A stretch of 64,000 nucleotides of DNA from Vicugna vicugna (Eukaryota). The DNA is taken from positions 406,982-470,981 of the forward strand of contig MU057576.1 in assembly GCA_013265495.1 (NCBI GenBank). Reading direction: 5' to 3'. The position numbers and the translations under genes are program-made. Below, one piece after another: positions 11,320 to 22,508 of the stretch (positions are counted from its first letter, which is position 1; every line of letters begins with the position of its first letter). The notes beneath the pieces are model-generated. The model was not told where the DNA came from and made no database searches. It was given only the letters and a program-made list of their open reading frames with translations.

Positions 11320-14300
11320 GTGAGTGCTCATCCTGCCCTGTCACCTCACATGGGCCACAGCCTCCAACAGCCCCAACAGGGGGGGCAGAGAGGAGGATCA
11401 GCACCCTCTCTCACACCCTTGTCTCTCCCCTTGGTCCGCTGCCCTCTCCGCACTCCCCGGACCAGCCTTCTCTGAAGCTGCCCTCCCACAGGCATCGGGA
11501 AGAGCGTGTCCCAGGAGCTGGCCCGCCGCGGGGCGCGTGTGATCCTGGCCTGCCGCAGCCGTGAGCGTGGACAGCAAGCCCTGGCCGAGATACGAGCAGC
11601 CTCACAGAGCAACCAGCTCCTGCTTGGTGAGGTGGACATGAGCTCGATGGCCTCCATCCGGAGCTTTGCTCAGTGGCTTCTGCGCGAGCATCCAGAGATA
11701 CACCTGCTGGTTAACAATGCTGCAGTCTGCGGTGTGTGTCTTCACTTACTTCCCCTAAACGCATTTCAGGAGCCTCCTTTCTGGCTCAGGGACCCCAAAT
11801 CAGGCATCCCCCAAGCCTAAACTGTATATCCTGTGGAAACACTCTTAATTCGGACACTGTCCTAAAAAGCCTACCTTAAGTTGTAGCTTCAGGCTTCACT
11901 GCCCCGATCTTGGCACATACATGCTCCTGTGGCTTTTCTACTGAACCCGCATATATCCTCCCCAGACATCATCTCCCTCAGGGTTGTCATTCTATCACCC
12001 ACCACCTATGTTTTCATCTCCTCCCAAGATTGCCCACAACACTTACCCCAGAGGGCCTTGATGTCACCTTTGCCACCGACTACACTGGACCCTTTCTGCT
12101 CACAAATCTGCTCCAAGGTAAGGAAGGATGTGTGCTTATCTTCTGTGCGGCCCCTGTGTCTTCATTCCTCTGGCATTTTCATGGCTTACCGCCTCCCATG
12201 GCCCCCAGATGCTTGCTGAACGATGCCTCAGTAACTTTTGCTGCACACAGCAGGAGAACCCACTTGGCAGCAGCCTGGATTAGGAGGCTGGTAATGGAAT
12301 CAGTCAGCCCCAAATATGAGCAGCAAGAAGGTGTAAGATCTATGCAGGCCGCCTCCCCTTCCCCCAGGTCTGAGTACTAGCCCGACCAGGAGTCACTCAT
12401 CTCAACAAAAGCTTTCTGAGGTCACTAGGCTGCTAGGATTAAGGACGTTCTCCCTGGGGAGGTGGGGGAGGGTGGCAGGTACATCCTCCCTAACAATGTT
12501 TTCTAGATGGTCTAATGACCTCTTAAAAAGCAAATTAATTTTTGGCCAGGTAATACACGTCCAAAGTACAAAATTGAAAGTGTGAAAGTATACAAAAGGA
12601 TATGCAGAAAAAAAGGAAGAATAGGAAAGAAAGAAGTCTCCTCCTCTCCTTGAAAAGCAGCTCCCCATCCCCCTCCTGGGGGGCAGCTGCCAGTGCCAGG
12701 GTCTCATGTTCCCTTTAGCGGGCAATTAAAGTAACCCCAACGGTAAAGTGCAGAAAGAGCAAGGTCAAACACGATGCATTTGCGAGTATAAATGTTTTTT
12801 TCCCCTTTCCAGCAAGCGGAATATGCTACAACAGCCAGTCTGTGCCTTGCTTAGTAATAGTTCCTTTAAACTGTCTTCTCTCCTGTCTTCTCTCCTGCCA
12901 CTAAATCACCGTTCATCATACCACTGTCTTGCTTCAGGTCCTTTGAAGGTAGTCTACGCTTTATACATATAAAAACTAAGCTGCTTCTCTCCACTTACAA
13001 GTCCCTCTGCAGACTGAGAGCCTCACCGTTGCCTTTCCCAAACCTACACTCTTGTCACCAGCCAGCCAATCTGTATCTCTCGGACCACACTCTGTTTTAA
13101 TTCTGGCTGCACTTTTGCACATCGGTTTTCCTTTATCTGGAATATCCCTTCCCATCCCTTTAAGGCAGAGTAGCTTTAGCTCAGCTGCCAACACTCAGCA
13201 CAGATACTGCTTGTGCTGTGGGCTCTGCCCTGACCCCTCTGCCTCCCCAGCTGCCCCCATTTCTAGGGCTCCCTTCGCCTCTGTGCCCGTCTCTGTTCCT
13301 GCACTGACGCTGCTGCATGAAGATCAGCCTCCAGCTTGGCTGTGAGCCCCTTTGGCCTTTATGTCACTGTCTCTGAAAGTTTGGGGTTCATTGTCCTCTT
13401 TAAGAATAATTTTCTCTCCAAAAAGTTTTCGCTACATACCTCCTGCTCAACTTTTCATTTGTGATTCTTCCTTTAAATGTAGGCTCAAGACAGTCTTAGC
13501 ATTTTGAAAGAATAAGTAAACTCATACGTGACAGCTAGTATCTTTCATACTTTATATAATCCGGAGTTCTTTCTTTTTATTAGAGTTAGATACTCTTTTT
13601 TTTCTTTTCCTTTTTTTAAGATTTAACTTGTCCTCTTGAGAGTAATTATACTTTCCTTTTTTTTAAGGTAGTTCAAAAAAAATTTTAAAGCCCCACTTTT
13701 CCAAGTATTTCTGCATACGTTTCTTGTCCCCTAAACTTAGCACCCATATGTCCTTAGCACGTAGTTTGTGTCTTTCATAGTCCAGGGGCCTAATGGATAT
13801 AGTTCTGCGATGAATAAGTAAGTGACTGAATCTATGAATGTGTGAAAGACAGCTTTCACAGCGTTTCCAGTCTCTCCTTCCCTCTCTTAGCCGTCAGTGA
13901 GATAAAAACATGAACCAGGGTCAATTGCATTACCTCCAGCTGGCAGGTGAGAAGAGCAAGGCAAAACCCCACTTTAATTTTAGGAAAGGAAACCAAAAAA
14001 CTCCCACAAAGACCGAAAAACAAAACCCCCAAACAAAACAAAAGACACACTGAAATACAAGAGGAAAAGCGTGAGGAAAGCAGCTGGAACGGAAACGCAG
14101 CCTCTGGCACACCCAGCTCCCCGCGCCTCACCTGGGCGCCTGCGCGGGGGCCGCGCTCCTGACAGCCCAGGAGGGGCCCCGCCCCCCCCGGCTCCTGGAG
14201 AAGCAGGCTGGGGGGCGGGCGTGGGCGTGAACTCCCGGCCTTGCCCTGAGAGTGTGTGGTCCTCTCTCCTCCCAGGGGCCCTACAACGGGCGGGGGCAGC

Positions 14301-15376
14301 CCGAGTGGTCAACGTGTCTTCCTTCCGGCAAGAGAAAGGGTACATTGACGAGAAACATCTGACAGGGGCTGGTAGACCTTTGACCTTCAACCAGAACTAT
14401 GACTGCAGCAAACTGCTTTTGGCCTCATTCACTGGGAAGCTTGCCCAGAGACTTCAAGGGACAGGTAACTGCCCCTGGCGGCCCCTCCTCCTCCACTGCC
14501 AGGGCTTCCTCCCAGTCCTTCGCATCTCATCCCAGTATGTTCTGACCATGAAATATTCCCAGTATCCCCCCAGCCAGCTGTTAACCTCCACCCTTTGTCA
14601 TCTGTGCGCCCTCTATTTCTCTCAACCCCATCTTCACGTCTCCATTTCAACCCTTTTTCCGACACTCATCACCCACAACTCCCTCTCTCCCAGTATTTTC
14701 CAATACCAACACCATCCATCGTGTTCCCCCTAAAGTTCACCCCGCGCTTTCAAATACTTAAGTCTGCTTCCTGGCTCGGATATCGCCATTCATGTGAGTT
14801 ACAGATCCCTGCCTTCTGGCACCACCTCGAGTCCCTGGTCACCTCCACCGGGCAGGGCTGGTAGGGCCCTCCCCTCTTTGCACATCCTAGAGCCACGTTT
14901 AACCCTTTCCTCCTCTCACTGCGCTTTGCACTACCGTTGTCTCTGTCTCTCGCAGGTGTGACTGTGAACTCCGTGGACCCTGGCGTTGTGTACACGGAGA
15001 TCATGAAGAATTTCTCTTGGTTATATCGTTTCATCTTCTGGCTCCTTAGCTTCTTCTTTAAGGTGGGTGGGGAGGAGCTGGCTCTGCCTGAAGGGGTTGG
15101 GGCAGGGGGTCTGCTGCTCAGCGTGTCCCTTCAGGCTACAGCCTGACTGGCTTTTATTCCTCCTCCCCAACCCTCGTGTCTCCGCAGAACAGCAAACAGG
15201 GTGCAGTCCCAGTGCTCTACCTGAGCTTGGCAAAGGAGCTAGATGGCATCTCTGGAAAACATTTTAGCAGTTCCGGTGTGATAACTCTTGCCCCTAAAGC
15301 TGCCCAAGATCCTCACGTTGCCCAAAGCCTCTGGGATACTTCAGCCCAACTAACAGATCTAGACAAGATGGACTGA
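11142..15376 (+). CDS. Retinol dehydrogenase 11/12/13-DHRS13-like SDR; six exons, 330 aa if spliced ancestrally; possibly a young pseudogene
   Basis: Exons 11142-11319, 11492-11731, 12028-12117, 14276-14464, 14956-15062, 15188-15376 sum to 993 nt with no stops. Motifs TGANSGIG, VILACRS, LVNNAA, VVNVSS, YDCSK, VDPGVVYT; hydrophobic N-terminus. Exon-3 acceptor is non-canonical. Confidence 0.8.
11492..11731 (+). CDS. RDH-like exon 2
   Basis: IGKSVSQELARRGARVILACRS...LVNNAAVC; 240 nt; AG/GT flanked. Confidence 0.85.
12028..12117 (+). CDS. RDH-like exon 3 (acceptor mutated)
   Basis: LPTTLTPEGLDVTFATDYTGPFLLTNLLQ; donor GTAAGG; preceded by CAA, not CAG. Confidence 0.75.
14276..14464 (+). CDS. RDH-like exon 4 (catalytic Ser and YxxxK)
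   Basis: ALQRAGAARVVNVSS...NYDCSKLLL...LQGT; AG/GT flanked. Confidence 0.85.
14956..15062 (+). CDS. RDH-like exon 5
   Basis: VTVNSVDPGVVYTEIMKN...FFK; AG/GT flanked. Confidence 0.85.
15188..15376 (+). CDS. RDH-like exon 6 (terminal)
   Basis: NSKQGAVPVLYLSLAKELDGISGK...AQSLWDTSAQL...TGA. Confidence 0.85.
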   Translation, partial: NSKQGAVPVLYLSLAKELDGISGKHFSSSGVITLAPKAAQDPHVAQSLWDTSAQLTDLDKMD

Positions 15377-15544
15377 CCTCTGTGACCCCTGCCCCGACTC
15401 GCCACCTTCCCCCTGACTCCCAGCCCTCACTCGGATTATGTCTTCTGCCTGTCAGTTCCAAGGAACCATCAGGCACCTTGTTCGGTGTAATCGCCACTTC
15501 CTCTTCCTGTTGGCTCCACGCATGAGAGCTCAGCTTAGCCTGGG

Positions 15545-15880
15545 GACAGCTCCAGCTTCTACTTCATAGTCAGTTCTCAGATAGTAGTGTTCTTCTCTTG
15601 GACACTAGGATCTCCAAACCTACCGAGCCCCGTGTTGTGGTGACGGGGGAGTAAAGGTCCTTCCGGTGGTCTATGAGGGTTCCTGGCTTTGGGGGAGGCA
15701 GCACCACATAGTGTCCTCTGGATGAAGGCATATACCACACGGCTGCAGGACAGCACCCAGCTGCACAGGGTGTTGTCTCCCAGCTGGTACGGTAACTGCC
15801 CGGGTAATGGTTCCATCTTTCTATCAGACCAGCTGCTCCTGGATGCTGAGTCATGTGATAAGGCAGGTGAATTCTCAGAG
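15545..15880 (-). mobile_element. ERVL-type integrase fragment
   Basis: Minus-strand HPGAAGLIERWN and, in another frame, QLGDNTL..W......VYA..QR; both resemble recalled ERVL integrase. Confidence 0.75.
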
Positions 15881-15925
15881 TGAGAGCCCACTGCTTCTTT
15901 TCTGGGGTCTTTGTTGATCAACAGG

Positions 15926-16024
15926 TTTTTGTTTTGTTTTGTTTTTAATGGTGGTGCTGGAGATTGAACCTAGGACCCTGTGCATGCTGAGCATGCTCTC
16001 TGCCACTGAGCTGTACCCTCCCCT
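15926..16024 (-). mobile_element. tRNA-derived SINE (Vic-1-like)
   Basis: A box, B-box-like GGTTCAATCTC and A-rich tail on the minus strand. Confidence 0.8.
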
Positions 16025-17455
16025 CATCAACATAAATTTTGGAATCAGTTTTTCAAATTTCACAGAAACAAATCCTTTAGGGATTTTGCTACATCTACTT
16101 GGCAGGATTGACGTTTTTATGATAATGTGTTGTCCTAAAAATGAACAAGGTGTACTTACATCTATTTAAATCTTATTAATACCTTCATAAAATTTTGAAT
16201 AATTTTATCAATAAAGATCATGCATAAGTCTTAATATAGTTCCTTGCTTTTTATGCTATTGCACATGGTATTTTAAAATTCATATATTAATCATATATCA
16301 AACAAGTTTATTAAGGTTTCTAATTCTAATAAGTTATCTGTAGATTCTTTTGGTTTTTCCACATAGAACATCACACCATCTAGGGATAATAACAGATTTC
16401 TTTCTTCCCTTTCAACTATTATAAATCTTGTTTCTTTTCCCAGACCTTAATTGATTTTCTAGTATTAAACCAAACTTGCTTTTAAACCAACTTGGTCAGA
16501 GTATTACTTTCATATACATTGCTAAATTTAGTATGCTAGTGTTTTGGTTTGGAACTTTTTACTGCGTTCATAAATGAGACTGGCCTTTACTGCCCTTTCC
16601 CTTACTTGTATTGCCATTGCCTGGTTTTGCTGTCATGGATATATTCATTTTATAAAATGAATTTGTATTTGTGTTCATCCAGGGACATCATATGAGAAGC
16701 AAATGTCAATAAATTGATAGGGGACATAGCTGTGAGGGAAAATGGGGAAGAAGCTGGGATAAGCTGGGGAAATCTGGGAGAACCTGGGAGACCCACCAGA
16801 CTGTGAGACAAGTCTGACCCTGAGTGAAGGAGAGGAGGCTGGGAAGGAGCTTCTTAGGGTGCGGTGCGGTAATTTTTCCATTTTAAACCTCCCTCTCTTG
16901 TTTTGAAAGTATACCATCTATTTCTGCTCTTTATTGGTTAGTCTAAAAATTTTAACCTGTATGTTTAGTTTAACAGTGTCTTTAATCAATATCTTTATTT
17001 TTCTTTTAAACAATACATAGATCTTAGAATTCTTCAACATTAATCATTCCCTTTGAATTTGTATACTTTTGTAACCCGATATTTTAATTATATGATTTCA
17101 TTAATTTCACAAATCAGGTATTTTGTTATTCTCAGTAGCTGATATTTATGTTGACTTACCCATGTATTTCATATTTCCTCTGCTCACTCTTCTTTTTTAT
17201 GTCTCAGATCTTCTGTCTGGGATTATTTTCCTTCTATCTTGAAGTATATGCTTTAGAGGTTCCTTTGATGGGGATTCGTGGTAGACACTTCTAGGTGGCT
17301 CCCAAGGTCCCCGCCCCCTTGTGTGCACATTCTCCATAATCTCCTCCTCCTGAGTGTGCAGAGACTCCTGAACACGATGGCAGTGCACTCCTGCGATTAT
17401 GTTATGTATCTGGTAAAGGGGTTTGCTGATGTAATGAAAGCCAGAACCATTTGGC

Positions 17456-17498
17456 TGTGTGTGTGTGTGTGTGAGTGTGTGTGTGTGTGTATGTGTAT
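17456..17498. repeat. (TG)n microsatellite
   Basis: Read directly from the sequence. Confidence 0.95.
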
Positions 17499-17619
17499 GA
17501 ACAATATTTTTTCATGTCTACCATAGTTTTCTTCAACTCTTTCTGTTACATGTTTCTGTGTTTGAGTTCCTCAAAGCTTTCCAAGGTTTGTGTCATTCAT
17601 TAATTTATTCATTAAATAA

Positions 17620-18075
17620 ATAAGCCATTTGCAGCAACATGTATGAACCTGGAGATCACCATTCTAAGTGAAGTAAGCTAGAAAGAGAAAGAAAAATACT
17701 ATATGATATCACTCATATGTGGAATCTAAAAAAAAAAAGAAAAAAGGGTACACTAATGAAGTCATCTACATAACAGAAACAGACTCTAAGAGATAGTAAA
17801 CAATCTTAGGGTTACGGAAATGGGGGGAAGGGGGTTGGAAGTGATAAATTTGGGAGTCTGAGACTTGCAAATGATAGCCACTATATATAAAAAGGGGTAA
17901 GAAACAGATTTCTTCTACATAGCACAGGGAACTATATTCAATATATTGTAATAACCTTTAGTGAAAAAGAATATGAAAACAAATATATGTATATATATGC
18001 ATGACTGGGACATTATGCTGTATGCCAGAAATTGATACAGTATAATTGACTATACTTCAATAATTTAAAAAAAGT
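17620..18075 (+). mobile_element. L1 3'-end fragment
   Basis: gccatttgcagcaacatg...ctatacttcaat followed by an A-tail. Confidence 0.85.
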
Positions 18076-18143
18076 ATCAGTTGTAACAAAATGAAGATGA
18101 ATCTGTGCTCTTGACCCACAATAAAATGCCCATCAATTCTTTT

Positions 18144-18145
18144 AA

Positions 18146-18184
<39 letters not shown>

Positions 18185-18194
18185 ACAAACAAAC
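18144..18194. repeat. (AAAT)n/(AAAC)n microsatellite
   Basis: Read directly from the sequence. Confidence 0.95.
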
Positions 18195-19844
18195 GTGTTT
18201 GTGGTGTGTCAGCTGATCAAGACATCGTTCTATATGTTACTGTCCTACAGTGATGGATAAAATAGACAAGCATCCACAAAGTCAAGTGGTCTGTATTCTA
18301 GTGTGGAGTGAGAGGCATAATAAACACAAATATGTTGTAAGATTCCATAGGCGTGAGTGCTGTGGACACAAAAGAAGCAAGAAAGGAAAGAGGGAGTGCC
18401 ATGATGAGGGGCTGGGGTTGAAATTTTAAATAGGTTGGCCAGGTAAAGACTCAAGAAACCAGTTGACTTTGAGTTCATAAAAAGAAAAGCTATTTTGGGT
18501 GGACCAGACCTAATCAGGTAAGCCCTTTAAAAGGGTTCAGGCTTCCTCAGAAGTCGGAGAGTCTCCTGTTCACCTTGAAGAAGCACACTGCCCCGTTGTG
18601 GAGCAGCCACAGGGCCTCTAGTAGTCGAGGCTTCAGTTCTGCGGTTGCAAGGAGCAGAATTTTGTCAATAACCAGTGAGCTTGGAAGAGGACTAGGAGCC
18701 CAGGTGAGACTGCAGCCCTGAATGACACCTGGACTTCAGCCTGGTGAGATCCTGAGCAGAGGACCCAGCTAACCTGTACCCAGACTCCTGATCCATAGAA
18801 ACCGTGAGACAACACATGTTTTCTTTTTAGCCACTGAGATTGTAGTCATTTCTTATCCAGAAACAGGTCACAAATACAGGATCTAGTAATAGCAAACTCC
18901 TTCAGTTTTATTTGTGTGAAAATGTCTTTATTTCACCCTCATTTTTTAAGAATCATTTTGCTGGCAAAGGTTGAGAGTTATTGTCTCTTATTCTGTTGAA
19001 GATAGTATTTTTCGCCTCTGGCTTTCATCGTTGCTGTTGAGAAATCAGATACTAATCTAACAGTTACTTTGTGGAGAATCTGCTCTCTTGTTCCTTCTCT
19101 ATACTTTAAATCCCCTTTTCTGTTTTTAAAAATAAATGAAACATATTCATTTTATATACTGTAACATTCCAATATCTGTCATCTTTGCAGGTTTGAATAG
19201 TTTATGGCAGCTTGTTTCTTTGTGTGTTCAGTGACTTTGTGCCCTCATGGTGCTTGGAGGTTTAGCTCTAGGAATGATTAGATTCCTAGGATTAAGCTAC
19301 TTTCCCCAGAGGAGTTTACGTTTAGTTTGGCCAGGTTTCCAGGAGTGCTGTACTGACTTGGACCAACTTAACTTACATTTTTGTCTTGGAATTTTTGAGC
19401 CACTCACATGGTATACATTCTGCCCCCAAATTTGTGTGAATACAAACTTATTGTTTAGAATTATAAGTGAGGACTCCCCCACCCCCACCCCGCTACAGCC
19501 AGAACTAAGGATGAGGTGAGCTTCTACCCTCACCGTCTCCCTCTGCAAGGCCCTTTTTCTGTTTGAAGTTCACTTTCTGGGGGGTGTTACTCTTTGAGTA
19601 TCCAGGCTTTACATGTATGGGGAATACTTTTTCATGCCAACCTTCTCTACTCAACCCCAGATTTTGTCTTCTGCCCCTGTTTATGGCCTTGTAAGCCCTG
19701 GTTTCAGGCCCCCAGGGGCTGGCTTCACAAATGCTGGCTCTAGCTGTCACCTGTGCCTTGGGAATCATAATTTCATATCTTCTCTCCCTTCTGAGGCTTT
19801 CCCTTCCTTTCCCACCAGTTCATTCAGACAACACAAATAAACAG

Positions 19845-19875
<31 letters not shown>

Positions 19876-20119
19876 GTTCCATCCAGCGTTTATGGTTGCG
19901 CTGCATCAGGGGCAGTCTCTGTGATACTTAGTCCTCTGTGATGCCAGGAATGGGAGCGTCCAATGTTTGCCTTCCTTTCTCCTTCCTTCTCTCTTTCTTT
20001 CTTTTGCATTTGGATAATCAATTGTCCCGGCACCATTTGTTGAATAGTGTGTCCTTTCCACACTGATTAATAATGTAAATTTTGTCACATCAAAATTTCA
20101 TGTGTATTCAACTGGAAAC

Positions 20120-22508
20120 ATAAAGAGGGAACCACAGCAGGATGGCAGGAGGGGCGTGCTCGCGGTATAAGTGGGCCCCATACCCCGGGGTGGGCGACCC
20201 ACAAGCTGAAGATTTGTTAAGTCGCAGAGGCCCTCCCACAGGAGTGAGAGCTCTAAGCCCCACGTCAGGCTCCCCAGCCTGGGGTTCTGGCATTGGGAGG
20301 AGTAGGAGACCCCGGGATATCTGGCTTTGAAGGCCAGTGGGGCTTAACCCCAGGAGCCCACAGAACTGGGGGAAACAGTTCGTTCTCTTGGGAAGTGTAC
20401 ACAGAATCTTGCATCCACTAGGTCCAAGGGCAGAGTCAGTGATTTTGAAGTGGGAGGAAAGGGGACAGGGCACAATCATTGGAGGAATTACATAGCAAGT
20501 GAGGACAGGACAAGATGGCAGAAGATTTGACTTCCAGTTGACCTTGAGCCTCATGGTGCACCCACAGATGCTGTGACAGTTTCTGGGCTGACCATATAAG
20601 GTCAAAAAGTGGGTGAGGGGGGCATTTCCTGGAAAACCTCGACCGTCCCCCAGAGTAGTTGGAATAATCCTCCTGCTCATTAGTACACGAAATAACCAAG
20701 CCCACAAAACCTAACAACTCCGCACCTCGTGGATGCTCTCTCTCTCTCTCTTGCCTTCTGATGTGGCCCACACTCTGTCTATGGAGTGTGTATCTCCTAA
20801 GCTGTCTTCCCTTCTGAGTCAGAGTGTCCACACCCAGCCTATGGAGTGTGTATGTCTCTAAATAAACGTGCTTTCACTTTACCATGTCTTGCTCTTGAAT
20901 TCTGTCCTGCACGAGGCAAGAACCTATTCCCCCACAACAATTTCATAGGAACCTGTGTCAGAACTGCCTGCTGGTTTTAGAAGTTCTGCTGAGGAGGTAG
21001 GGGGTGGCTGTGGCTTATGCTGAGGGCATAAAAGCTGGTGATGGACATTCCCGGAGTGTTCATCCACATGAGCTCTCCTGGAGGCTGACATTTTGATTGC
21101 GTCATTGGCACCAAGACCCACCCAACAGCCTGTAGGCTTAAGGGCTGGGAGGCCTCAGGCTAAACAACTTACTGGGTGGGAACATAGCCCCACCCATCAG
21201 CAGACCTCCCGAACCACAAACACCTCTAGACAGGGCCCTACCCACCAGAGGTCCAGGACCAAGCTTCACCCAGCAGTGGGCAGGCCCCAGCTCCTCCCGC
21301 CAGGAACCCTGCATAAGCCTGTAGTCCAGCCTCATCCACCAGGGGGCAGATATCAAAAGTAAGAAAATAACAACCCCAAAGCCTGTGGAAGGAATGCACA
21401 AACAGGCCAGACTCTACACTGGGATGGGCTAGACCCTGGCCCTTGGGTGACAAGAGAGGAGTGTGCTGCTGGGACACATAGAACGTCTCCCAGAGGGCCA
21501 CTTCTCCAAGGTCAAGAAATGTAACTAACCTACCTAAAAATACAAATAGAAAGACAGACAACATGAGGCGGTGGAGGAATATCTCCCAGGCAAAGGCACA
21601 AGATAAAATCCCAGAAGAAATAACTGATGAGGAGATAGGCAATTTATGCGAGAAAGAGTTTAAAGTAATGATGGCCAAGATGCTCAGAGAACTCAAGAGT
21701 ACAGATGCACAGAGTGAAGTTCTTAGTAGAGTTGGAAAATATAAAGAACACCCAAACAGAGTTGAAGAATAAAATCACTGAAATGAGTAACACTCTAGAA
21801 GGAACCAAGAATAGACTAAATGAGGCAAAAGAATGGATCAGTGAGCTAGAAGACAGATTAGTGGAAATCACTACTGCAGAACAGAAAAAAGAAAAAAGAA
21901 TGAAAAGAAATGAGAATAGTTTAAGAGAACTCTGGGACAGCATGAAGCACCCTAATATTTGCATTATAGGGGTCCCAGAAAGAGAAGAGAGAGAGAAATG
22001 ACTGGAGAAAATTTTTTGAGAGATAATACCGAAAACTTCCCTAACTTCAGAAAGAAAAGAGTCACTCAAATCAAGGAAACTCAGAGAATTCCACACAGGA
22101 TCAACCCAAAGAGGAACACACCAAGGCACATAGTAATCAAATTGACAAAAATTAAAGATAAAGAGAAAATACTAAAATTATCAAAAGAAAAGCAACAAAT
22201 AACATCCAAGGGAACTCCTATTAAGTTATCAGCTGATTTTTCAGCAGAAACTCTACAGGCCATAAGGGAGTGGCATGATATAAAGTGATGAAAGGGGAAA
22301 ACTTACAACTGAGGATACTCTATCCAGCATGGCCCTCGTTCAGATTTGATGGAGAAATCAAAAGCCTCATAGATAAACAAAAGCAAAAAGAATTCAGCAC
22401 CACCAAACCAGTTTTACAAATGTTAAAGCTTTTAAAGAACTTCTCTAGTCATCAAACCATAAGAAAAAAGAACAAAAAGAAGAAAGAGGGAAAAAAGAAC
22501 TACAACAG
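20120..22508 (+). mobile_element. LINE-1 5'UTR and ORF1 (degraded), interrupted by a solo LTR
   Basis: ORF1 peptides RLNEAKEWISELEDR, PNICIIGVPE, RINPKRNTPRHIVIK, LSADFSAETLQA. Confidence 0.9.
20446..20939 (+). mobile_element. Solo LTR, ERV1-like
   Basis: Starts TG and ends CA; 4-bp TSD ATTT (20442-45 and 20940-43); AATAAA at ~20861. The L1 5'UTR rejoins when it is removed. Confidence 0.8.

Larger units (their letters stand above)
17278..18878 (+). mobile_element. MLT1-type MaLR LTR split by a ~1-kb insert (17460-18456)
   Basis: TG...CA ends. MLT1-like motifs in both halves (ccagttgactttgagtt; cctgagcagaggacccagctaa; ccatagaaaccgtgaga). Confidence 0.7.

Noticed and set aside
13851..13860. 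Right arm of an 8-bp-arm hairpin tgtgaaag-acag-ctttcaca (starting ~13841) as a terminator or structured RNA
   Set aside because: Too short to exceed chance in 64 kb; intrinsic terminators do not apply to this mammalian context.
20108..20831. 199-aa and 131-aa minus-strand ORFs
   Set aside because: They span an L1 5'UTR/solo-LTR junction, lack recognisable motifs and appear to be chance ORFs.
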